Of a stretch of DNA of 64,000 nucleotides, positions 12,601 through 24,600 are shown piece by piece. The stretch comes from Takakia lepidozioides (Eukaryota; Plantae; Bryophyta). Position numbers and translations under genes: made by a program. How positions within the stretch are numbered: position 1 is the first letter of the stretch; each line of letters starts with the position of its first letter. The stretch covers positions 81,654,001-81,718,000 of the forward strand of contig CM060731.1 in the NCBI GenBank assembly GCA_030704615.1, in the 5' to 3' direction. The notes under the pieces were generated by a model. That model did no database searches, had not been told where the DNA came from, and was given only the letters and a program-made list of their open reading frames with translations.

Positions 12601-15600
12601 GGGCGGTCCTGTTTCCAAGATATAGAGTCGATTAACTTAGGATATCTGGTGTTGGACATATGTTGCAGCTGACCCCACCATCTGACCTTGAATTCATCTC
12701 GTCGGGAGCTTAAGGACGGAATGCCAAACTCACCCCGAACAGCCACATTGGCTGTTTTGGAGCATGCTGACATACGCTCCTTAAGCACCCCCACTTGAAT
12801 GGATTCTAGAGACTTAGCCTGGTTGGAGTTATCAACCCATATAGCAGATCCGTACTCCAAGGCAGGTCTAATAACGCGACAAAGCATGGTTTTCTTAACC
12901 TCAGAGTTGACCCCTCTGCAGTGGAAAAACTTAGTGAGCCCCAGAGCTTTGCCCTTGCCAGTTTGAACAACTTTCCGGATATGTGCATCCCAATTACAAT
13001 TGGAGGAAAACTCAACGCCCTGGTAAGTGTAGGAAGGGAGGACCGGGATCTCTTGGCTACCCCACTGCCACTTAAGATCACTTCCTCCCTCTCCTCTGTC
13101 GTTGAATGCTACCACTGCACATTTGCTGACATTAGCCTCTAGCCCCAAAGATCAAAGTATCTCTTCGTGCAATCAATAAACTCCTGGAGATTGGTTGGAG
13201 TCTCCCCTATGCCTGCGAAGTCATCCGCAAACATAAGGGCTGGTATGGTGGTATCACCCACCCTTATCCCGAATCCCTCACTTTCCACATCCTCGAGGAG
13301 TTGATTGATGAAAACATTGAAGAGCAGAGGGGAGAGAGTACATCCTTGAGCTACACCTGGTCTATGTCAAAGAAGTTGGACTTCTGTCCGTTAACAGTGA
13401 TACAGCTTTTGGTGTGAGCATACAAGTTGTGGACAACTCTCCACATCTTTCCCTTGATCCCACAAGACCAGAGGCGGAACCATAGGCCATCTCTCCACAC
13501 TGTGTCATAAGCCTTTTTGACATCCAGGAAAAAAACATAAGTGGGTTTCCCTTCTTTTTTCCTTCCCTGGATAATCTGGCTTAGAGTGAAGATATGATCC
13601 ACACAGCCCCTGTTTCGCCGAAAGCCAGCTTGGCCTTCATGGAAACAACCTCTAGACTCCAGATCAACCTCGAGACGAGTACTTATAACTCCGCAAAATA
13701 TCTTGCCAACAGCATTGAGAAGCGTGATGCCACGATAGTTCCCCGGGTGTGGAACACAAAGGGACAGAAACTATCTTTGTCAGGGGCTGATGCCGGTAGT
13801 CTGACTTACCTTGGAACAACTGATCCGAGTTTTCCAGATATCCTCTAGAAATCCCTTTACACAAGCATCAATCTGCTGTGTGTGATTTGCCCAATAACTA
13901 GGGTCCCAAAAGGGAGCTTTTGTGGTGGTCTTTAGTTTCTTAAATGGAGCAAAAGGAGGTGTAGGGACAGTTGTTTGATGCCTTCAAAGAGGGTCTCATC
14001 CAAAAGGGTTTCCTTTTCCCTCCTTAGCTGGGTTAGCTTGCTGCTTAGGGAGAGGAAACCTATTCTGAGTTGGAACTTTCAGCCTTGTGAGGACCCTTAT
14101 GTCCTTTCTGTTTGTTAAAGGTCAGGGGGCCAGGCTTCAGCTTGTTCACTTTGAAGTATGTTTTTCTAAGAGAGAGTCGTTTGCTAGTACAGAGGACTGA
14201 CCAGATAGTTCGTGTTCAGATGGTTCAACCAACACCAAACGCAAAGGGCAACCTGGGAAGGTGATAGCTGACCTGGGTGTGACGGAGTGGGAAGGTGACT
14301 CTGACATACGTGAGCTGGGTGGGACTGGTGAATTTGGTGACCAAGGCGTGGATCCAGGCATGGATGAATCTCAGCCCAAAAGGTCTTGCAGTGAGGCAGA
14401 GGGAGGGCACCCTATTAGTGTTGGAGGTCGGCGACAAAAGAGTGGGCGAGGCATAAAAATAGCTGCTGCTACCAGGGATGGAGAAGTGGCTGTAGAAGCC
14501 CCTGCTATAGGGGCTCGCGAGTCAGGTGAGCATCATTAGTCATTGTCAGCATCATCACCCTATCACGGAAGGCTTGTTGGTGAGAGAGTTGGTCTCATAG
14601 AGAATTGCCTGCATAGCCTTCTGGTCATAGAACGTGGCCTTCTCTTGCACAATGGGGAGACCATAATAGGGGCCGCTAACATCACAGTAAGGTTTTGCAA
14701 TGGCAGTTGGACATACCTTAATAAACCAAATGGTTGACCCTTCCATTCTTTTCCAAGACAGCTCTATACACATTAAGTTGATTTGAGTGTTTCTGAGTCA
14801 CTTTAGGCCCATGAAGGGCCACCGCTTTCTGGGTTGTCTTAAGCCTCTCAAACCTAGTGAAAGGAGATAGGTCATCTTCTAAGAGAATGTACCCGGTGTG
14901 GGAAGGTCTATGAAGTAGTCCTTCAGACCCTCCTGCTTATGAGCCTTCAGCATATTCAAGTTTGATGCACCTCTTTTTAGAATAGAAGAATTTTTTTTGA
15001 TGGAGGGCGGAGAGTGAGACCTTTCTCAAAAATAGTGCTGACAACACACTTGTGTGGGTCAGGTGGTTCAACGAAGACCATTTGTACCGAGCAACCAGAA
15101 GATGTGGTGAAGAAACAGATGGCTGAGAGGGTTGTAGCTAACACAGGGGACATGCAGTCTTCGGGGAGACGTAGGGGGGCAAGCACGAAAGCTCTTCGGA
15201 GTATCAAGGATCCTGCCAGTGAGGCCTCTCTGTCTAGTGCTGTTGAAATGAGGGGTACACCAAATGCTCCCCAGCCCTTGCCATCTGATGATATACAGCA
15301 TGAAGGGGAGGGCATGCAGTCAGCTGAAAAAACTGGGAGTGCCACTGGTAAGCAAGGCGATCAAGAGAGGGGAGGGGCTGGAGGAGATAGTCCAGGCTCT
15401 ATAAGAGTTGGCAGCTGTATTGGTCCGTTTCTACCTCTTTCTGAACCCTTTGCTGTAGTCTATCACTTTGCTCTCTTTCTCTGGCTCTCTTACTATCATT
15501 TTGACATGGACGAGGACCTTAAGGATGATCTCAAGGGCCTACATACCCTCGGTGCTAGACTGAAATTTGAACTGAGTGCGGGAAGCCTACCTTTGCACAA

Positions 15601-18600
15601 ATTACAGATGTAGAGAGGAAAAGGAGATTGTAATTGTCCTATGTGCTGGCAGCCTGAAGTGGATATCCATTTTCTGAGACATTGTCAGGGATGTTCTCAC
15701 CAGGGATGTTCTCACCCTCTTTGGGAACATCAAGAGCATTGTGCCCGCACCTCTGTTCACCAACTTTGAAAATCTTGAGGCTGAGCCTAAAGCCTTGGCC
15801 CTGTTGGGCTCTAATTGCAGGGCAGCTCTTACCCAGCGGGTTAATCTTGTGTGAAGGGCTTCCAGAGGATATCTGGAAAACCCAAACTAATTGTCTTTAT
15901 CATGGTAAGTCATACTGCCAGAGTGAGCCCCTCACAAAGGTAGTCTGTTCCCTTTTGTTCCGCCCAAACTGGACACAGGGTCATTGGCCACAAGGCTACG
16001 GCAACCAACGTCTTATGAGTACATTCTGTTACTATCATTTTGAGGTAGAAAGAGTGGCTGCAACTCAATTAGAATTTGCTTAGACTTGAAGGACATCCAA
16101 AACAGACAATCACTGTGATTCAGAAACCAATATTCCACTTCTCACTGATTCTTGTGAGTTCCTCCCAGATAATGCACTCTTAAGATACATTCTAGACCTG
16201 GGGTCACTAGTGGAACTTATGACTACACTTTAGGGGGTTGAGCATCCTCCAGCAAAATAGCTATCGCTATCTCATTCTTTCACGGTCATTGGTGTGATCT
16301 TGTCGTGGGAGTCCATTCCTCTTTGCTTTACCGGTGTTGCAGTATGATCATAGAGCCTGTGAAATATGTTGCAAAGATGGTCTTGATGCTGAAGAAAATG
16401 TGTGACCAGTTTAGCTAACAAATGGCCTTTGCATGGTCACTTTAGAACAAGTAAAGAAATGCAATAGATAAACTGGATTGTCTGGGAAATTTCCAAGTGA
16501 GCACCAATTGGTGAGCTCAGCACACTTGAAGTCAATCATTGGTTTGGACTTGAAGGTTGACAGGAACCACAGCTTCATGGCTGGATGCTTGAACCTCTTT
16601 TTGACACTGTTAAGAATAGAAGGACACATATTTTCAGAGTAAATAGATGATACTGTAGTAAGAGTAGTAGAACAAGGACACATATTTTCAGCCTAAACAG
16701 ATGAAACAAAGTTTGGTAAGGACAAACCGTGGATTTTTGTCTTTGTGACCAGGCCTGCCGGGTCTTGTTAGAGATGTGGAGAGCGGCGCAGTTGGTGAAG
16801 ATGTAACAAGTGGAGTTACAGAGGGAGATACCACTGCAGCAAAGGAGATGGTCATTGAGAGCGCCGATGCTATTCCCAGAGCTAGTTGGGTTCTCTGTGA
16901 TGATTGCCGCAAATGGCGCTGCATTCCTGTGGAGCTTGCAGATGAGATTGAAGCCACAAATGCCTATTGGTAGGTTTGGTTCTTTTTGGACTTGGTTCCA
17001 ATCTGCATAGAATTGGATGCAAGAACTTTCCGTGGCATCTGAAGGTGATGATGAGAACTGAAGCTGTCTCAGGCTTCTCCCTTGTCCTGGACCAACTGAA
17101 GTGTGTTATGCTGACTGTGTTAGCCAGCTGTTCGTTGGGGGATTCTTCTAATTCTTCTGCTTCAGTACTAGTGAGTTGGGAATTAAGAAACCTTGTTCCC
17201 TGTCATACGTGTGCAGGTCATGTCGGGATAACCCAAATAAGGAAATGGCAGATTGTTCCATACCGCAAGAGAAAACAGATGAAGAGATAAACAGAGAGCT
17301 ACAGATTTCTGATGTCTCTCTGGATGAGGAGGGAGATGACAATGATGCGACGGGTGATTCCAAGTCCATGGGTGAAGGTGGTCAAGGTGGGTGCTATGCA
17401 GACACCTGCACAACTGTGGTGGAACAATTAAGCATTTTTTGTTCAAAACACTGGTGTTAACTGGTGGAATTGATAGTCGTGGTTTGACAGTGTTGCGTCA
17501 CAAGCAAGACTCTTAACCCTACTTGTGTTTGATTTTGTATATTGGTTGATGGGACTTCCATTGTGTGCTTGAGAATCAACCAGCTGTCTGGACACGTGTT
17601 CGCCACAATATCTTCCACCATCGCCGCCGGAAACATCAGGAGATTGAGGAGGTAGGCCCATGCTTCATATTTTTCAGTTAATTCCTTTCGAATGTGTTCC
17701 GGTTGAGCCTCTAGTTATTGTTCCCAAGTAATCAGGCTTCCTCTGAAGTTGGAGTTTTGTTAAACCTGCAGTGGGGTTCACAGCTCTTTTTGTTTCTACC
17801 ACTAAATATGTAACTTGAAATTACAGAAGCTGCACGTTCTTGGAAGATCTTAACAAGATAAGTCTTAAGTGTCTTGGTTAATTAAATTCAATATGTGGGC
17901 AATGGAGACAGTTTTTTAAATGTTCTTAAAACCACATTTTACCAAATTCAAGGCTCATTCCAAAGGCACAAGTCAGTTTGTTCAACAAGATTAAAATCAT
18001 TACCTTAAAAGTGTATAGTGCAGGACCTATGGGTTTCCAAATCAGTCCGGAAACATATAATTGTTGAAAGAATGGCTCAACATGAGGTTAAAACTACCTC
18101 ATAGTCCCTCTGCCATAGCCCCGTCAGAGCTCCAGTTTGACAAACGTAGATCTTCTTCTGTCAGGACCCCTTTGGTTCCAAAGGTGCTATGATCCACTTG
18201 CCTATGTTTGCCTTTGGATACCTGCACATACAATTATGAAATTCTTGAAAAGGATTGCCATTTATTGACTCATTGTTGGGCAGGTTTAATTGTCATGAGC
18301 AATACTAGAGTAATGTTGTTTATAAGGATGTCTGAGTGGTGGAAGTGGGGTCGCAGACAATGGTTTGCCAATGCAAGCCTCCAGAAGAAACAGGAACCGG
18401 CTGTGGAGACAACTGTCTGAACCGAATGCTCAATATTGAGTGTGTGCCAGACCAATGCCCATGTGGGGAGGCTTGCGCCAACCAGCAGGTGGGAGTGAAA
18501 TCAAGTGGTGTGGTAACCATTAGTATGGGCTTTTGAATGTTTGAACTGTTGTTCTGAACAATGGTGGGTGAAGTGTGGAGTTTAGACATACTTTTGTTGT

Positions 18601-21600
18601 GTGAGAAGAGTCTGTCAAAAGAAGGGGGTAATCTGAAGTGGTGGGGTAACCTGACCTGCGTGTATGCCAGTTCCAAAGACGAGCATATGCAAAAGTGCAA
18701 TGGTTCCGGTGCGGGAAGAAGGGGTTTGGACTACAGGTGATGGCGAATGTGTTGAAGGACACATTCATTATCGAGTACGTCGGAGAGGTTGGTTGCTTTC
18801 TCCATTGCAAGCCCTCTTTCCTTGACCCCCCCTTATAAAATCTGCACTCTGGATGTTGTGCTAGTTTAGGTTTTGACTTGGACTCGTGCAACATCTGTCT
18901 GGGTTACCTTTTAATGTCTGCAGGGACTTGGGACTCTGTACTTATGTAGATGATCTTTTCCCTCACTCTAGCAGATGTGCAACATCCAAGTAGTCACCAA
19001 CTAGTACCCCAAGGACATGTTCGAGGTGCACGGGCCCCCTTCAGCTACCCTTCAAGCAGTTTTTCTCAAATGTTTGCTTTCTAAGGACAAGTTAAAGTGT
19101 AGTTTCATGGCTGACTTTTCCTGTTACTTTTGGAAAAGTGGCAGAAATTTTTGATAATATGCCCATGAATTTTAGCGTTGGATGTGATCCACACCAACTA
19201 TGCGAGCTAATGGAATCTGTGGGGATAGTGGCAGCTTGTCAGTGCCACACCTGATGAAGTTGACCCTTCCTCTGCCGCTCTTTGCCTTAAAACCTGGGCA
19301 GATGGACCACAACCAGAAGAGCTACAGCAAGCATGCCCTGATTTATGTATTTCTATGTAGGTGCTAGATCTACGGTCATTTGAGGAACGGCAGAAGGAGT
19401 ACGCAGTGAAGGGCCAAAAACATTTCTACTTCATGACTCTGAACAGCAATGAGGTAAATCCTCATCACCTTTCTGTTTGTCTCTCTAGCCTCAGTTACCT
19501 GTAAGATACTTCGTCTTTGGGCGATGTTTGCTTTAACTGAAAAACAAAGCTGAGTTTTCCCATTACTTCTGGAAAAACTCTGTTTGAAGATTGATATAAT
19601 GGTATGCCCATGAATTTGAGCATATTGTAGTAAGTGGTTTACACCCACTGTTGGGCACTGATGAGTTGGTGGGGGAGTGGTGGCAGCTTGTCAATGCCAC
19701 AAGTTGAAGTTGAAGTTGATGCTGTGAGACTGAGATTGACGGCTTTGTGATTCACAACACATGTTGCACTAGCTAAGCTTAACTTGGATATGTGCAACAT
19801 TTGTTGAGGTTACCTTTTAGTGTCTGACGGAGTTGCTACCCTGTGGTTACAGAGACCCTTTTAAAGTGAATGTTGTTGTTCTACTTTGTCCCAAGGGGCC
19901 CTTTGGTCCCCTGAGTGGACCTTAAAGTTTCTTTCCTCAGTTTGTTTCTTTCTCCAATCTCCCAGACCTGAGGAAATGGCGTCAGACACTACAGTTACTC
20001 AATTAGTAACCTGTATGAGGTGGTAGATGTGGATGACCCTTTAGAGGACTTGTCCTGGTCTGCTAATATCTTCTCCAATATCACAACACCATTGTGAAGT
20101 CCATAAATAATTGTCCTGATTATGTGGAAATAATAGAACGAACTTCGCTCATTCGAATATTTGATCAAGTTTACTCTCCAGGCCTGGACCATGTCACCTG
20201 AAATTAACAAAGGAGTACACTTGGTGTAAGAGGTTGGAATAGGATCAGGTGTTTCCACATATTACCATAGTGGGAGAGGCGTGTACTGAGTAAGTCAAGA
20301 TTCCACCTATCAAGTCAAAGGTTTCCTGCATACACCAATCAGCCTACACATGGGCTCTCTGAACCTTTGGATATTCACCTCACAAGGCTCTCTAACTGTG
20401 TTGACTGACAGTTGCCATATTGACATGTATTTCAGGTGATTGATGCATGTGTTAAAGGAAATTTAGGGCGTTTCATTAATCACAGTTGTGAACCCAACTG
20501 CCGCACCGAGAAGGTGTGGTTGTCCTGCCCCTGTCCTGCCCCCGTTGTGTCAGCTTGTTTGTGGAATTGCAGTACTATTCTATTCCCCTGTATATCTCCC
20601 TGTTGCTCTCTCTCCCTCTCTCTGCACAACGTTAAGCTGCCAAGGTAGTTAAACTGATAAAGTTCTTATTACCTCGGAGCAGATTGGAATGCTTCGGCCT
20701 ATATTTTGCTATTTTTATTTCGAGGTGAGGGTGATGTTGAGGTTACATTATGTGCTGATTTGGGAGTTTAATATGGAGCAGTGGATGGTGGATGGGGAAG
20801 TCTGTATTGGCCTGTTTGCTGTTCGAGACCTGGTGGAGGTAGGTACTACAACTATCATGCCTTTCACTTGCTCAACTGTACTGATAACAGGCCTCTGGAC
20901 AGCTTAGCTTCTTACATCTTTGATTTACTGCAAAGTTATAGTCTTTATCTTTTAGATGTCCCTATTGGCCTCCAACATTGGATTAGGTTGATCCTGCCTC
21001 CAACATTGGATTAGGTTGATCCTATGCACAAGAAGTAGGTTGTAATGAGGCCACTTCCATACAATGCAAGGAATATGCTACAAAGGGGTTTCTCAAGTGA
21101 GAATTTCACTGCAGGGGGAGGAGGTGACCTTTGATTATAATTACGTGCGTGTGAGCGGCGCTGTGGCTAAAAAATGTGAGTGTGGTGCTATCAATTGTCG
21201 GGGGTTCATTGGTGGTGACCCACTGACCCCACGCACAGTGGTGGAGAATGAATCTGATGATGATGAAGATGCCGAGCCTATCATGCTAGAAGCCGAGAGT
21301 GAGGAGGAGGTTGATGACCCAACAGATGGAACAAAGGCTGGACCAGCCAAAAAGCTACGGCTAGCATCAGAGAGCGGTGCTAGAGACATGAATAAGTTGA
21401 GGATTGGAGGTGTGAAGCGGAAGTCACCTTGTCCCCCGGAGGATAAGGCAAGCAAGGACATTGTGCATACCAAGCATGTGAAAACGGCAGTACCAAGGAA
21501 GAGCAGCTCCGGACTGGTGCAAGCAAGAGGACTTACCATCTCCATCAATGCTGGGAGTGGGCAATCCAACCGCAATTTATATCAGAGTGATTGTGGGATC

Positions 21601-24600
21601 TCTTCCCTTCACTTGTTCTTTTGTTTCAAATATTTTTCCGGTTTTGCTTTCGTAGAGAGACTATATGAGTGTTGTCTTGGTTCTTGTATCAGGCAAGACA
21701 AGCTCTTTTGGTATGAAACTGACATTAACTAAGTGGCATCAAGACTAAGGCAGTTTCTATCCGAGCGGAATGCATAAATAGATTGGAAGGGACAAATCTA
21801 GCTGAAGATTAAAGGCAGATTGCATTGTGGGTCTTCTGTGGCTGCAGTGGAAGAAAAGCTGGCTGAAATGGTGGATCGTCATGGAGGCATAAGAAGGCGT
21901 CGGGTGAGTCACTCTGGTCCCCATGAGTCCTGTCATCTCTGCTCTCTCGGATCTTGAGTTGTGAGGTTGACCGTGACTCTTTTAACCACTCATGCACTAA
22001 TTTGACATAAATGCTATGTGTGCAGGATGTGGGAAAGCAATATTTGAAGCTGTTGGTGCTCACCGCTGCCTCAGGGGACTCATTCAACGGGGTTGCTCCT
22101 TGCAGGTTTGTATGTAACTGTAGATTTAGGGGCGCAATTGTTCACAATTTGAGCAAGGACTCTGTGAGGGTTAACAAGTGATTTTCATGGATGGGAGAGC
22201 AGTGTGCGTGACTTGTCGCTGCTTCTGGAGGCCGTGCTGAAGACTGAGTCACAAAGTGTCTTATCAGACATCTTGCAAAAGAATGGTGAGAATCTCTGTG
22301 CCCTTTTTTCTCATGTCTCATGCTCTCATCAACCCGCAATACGTTTGAGGTAAAAGAGAGCAGAAGATGTGTAGGCAGATGATGCAGAAGTTATTGTTAA
22401 TCAGTTGTTTTGAGGTTGGTAGTGCACTAAAAACTTACTTTCTAAATGCAACAAACCTGCAGACACGTTATGATGATCTTAATGCCGTGGTGTTACTAAG
22501 AGGAGGGTCTGGATGGGGAGTGCAGGTCTGCGCATGTTCCACACTCTGATTAAGCAGTTCCGGAGGCAGTGGGAAAAAATACCCATTCTTCGCAAGCTCT
22601 TAAAGGTCTGTCCTCTCCTTCAACATGTCTTCCACACACTGAGCTCTTGTATGTGTATAGAGGGTGATAGAGGGAGAAATTCATGGGACAAACAGATGTA
22701 GGAGAGTAGATTTGTGAGTCATGAGAGCTCTTTTTGCTTTTTATCCTCTTTTTAGGGTTCTTCCATGATGTTTTGTCCTGGTGCCAATGCTTTCCTATTT
22801 GAAAGCTCTTCCTTACCTTGGATGTGGCTATCTCAGTTTGTCTTTGGTCTACTCTCAAATCTGAGCTCAGAGTTTACTAGGCCCTCACGTTGATACGTGG
22901 ATCTTATGCTGGTAAAGATTGGCAAGTGGAATCCATTGTTCTGAGATGCTTCTGGGTATGAGGCAGGTGCTAGAGCATTTGGCAATAAAGAAGGTTCTGA
23001 CATTGGAGCACATTAGTGCAAGTCCTCCTCGCTCTGGCATGGAAAGGTCTGACTACATATCCAATCATATTAGATACTTGTTTTCGAATGGGATCCATCT
23101 ATATTCTCTATCCTCTTGCAGGCTCATCTACTACTAACCTGCTCATCTCAATCTTAAGAGATCTTTTGAGTGAGCAGGTGCGCACTAATTGCTTAAGGGC
23201 AAATGCTTGACCTCCATTAGAGCATTTTATACAGCTTGAGACTTCTGGACTGGTTTTTCAATCCAAGGGCTTATATGTGTGAGCTTAATTCACCACTGCT
23301 GGTCTTGTAGATCATAACTACTTGAGTGCAGTGGTAGTCGCTGGAGGTGTTTACTGATCACTCAACTAATGATGTTACCCTCCTTTTGGTTGCGTCTGTT
23401 TGTTGTCTTCTCACTTTGGTACTGAAGCCGAACTTAAATGCTGTAGTTCAGGGTGATTATCCCAGATTTAGCTCCCCTGATTTTATGTAGCTGGCGTACT
23501 TCTGGTTTAGTAGAGTCTGTTTTATGCTTGCGGGTGCTCAACGCTGATACTTCAATGCTGGTGTATGTTCATAGCTTCTCGGAGTCGCTGTTTCAGCTTA
23601 CTCGACATAATGACATAGAGGTACAAGTTCTTGGATGTCTTCAAGAGTTTCGTATGGCTCAAAACTTTTCCATGAGATATTTCAGTTTTCCTTCAAAAGT
23701 GAAGCTCTGTACTGTGCATACCTAGCACTTTCAGGGCTGCCACAAGGTTCCAAGTTTCCTAATTTTGAAGCAGTTGAATTCAGTGTACAAAGAACCCCCG
23801 GTTCACTCAGCCATCCAATCTTGAAATGAAGTTACTGTCTGGGCGCTGTCACTTCACTGACAAGAATCTAGGACATTCCACTTGAATGAGTGCAAGTCAG
23901 AGAACTAACATGCTTTGGTTCTGCAGGTTCAACAAATGGCCCGTCGATTTAGGAGGAACCATGTACCTCCTCGGTCACAGTGGACAGAATCACAGAAGGG
24001 GAATGGTCAAAGGCATGTAACCTCCTCACCAATGAATCTGCAGCCCTGTGAGCAGATGTTGAAAAGATCAGGGGAGCAGCTCCCTACCCCCCCGCCAAGT
24101 GAAGATTCTCACATTGTTCCATTGGAACAGGTTGTTACCAGACTAACGCCGCAACAGCCATTCCCTGTGTTGGCCTCAGAAAAGGTCTTGGCTTTGGGAC
24201 CTAAGCCTCTATTGGCCCAAACCCTGGCGGGGAATTTATTGGAACAGAGGATAGGAGAGCAGGAGGGATCAGCTTCAGAGGGGCAGACCGCGGCATCACT
24301 TAATGTTAACTTCATATCAAGTAATCCAATGACCACCAAGCGCAAAAGGCCTAGTCGCTGGGACACTCCCAAAAGCACTGATGGGGGCGGTGTAGTTGAG
24401 GGGACCAGTGGGCAATCAACAACTGTTCCCACAAGCAGTGAGCCAGCCTGCCTACCGAGGCATTCTCGGACACCTTCATCATCTCCTCATGAGCAGCAGG
24501 TGGCATCATTTCAATTCCACAACAAGAAACCATGGAACTCCTGCAGCCCACCCAAGCCTCTACCCCTTAATCGAGCATCTGGGCCTCCCCGGCATGAAGC

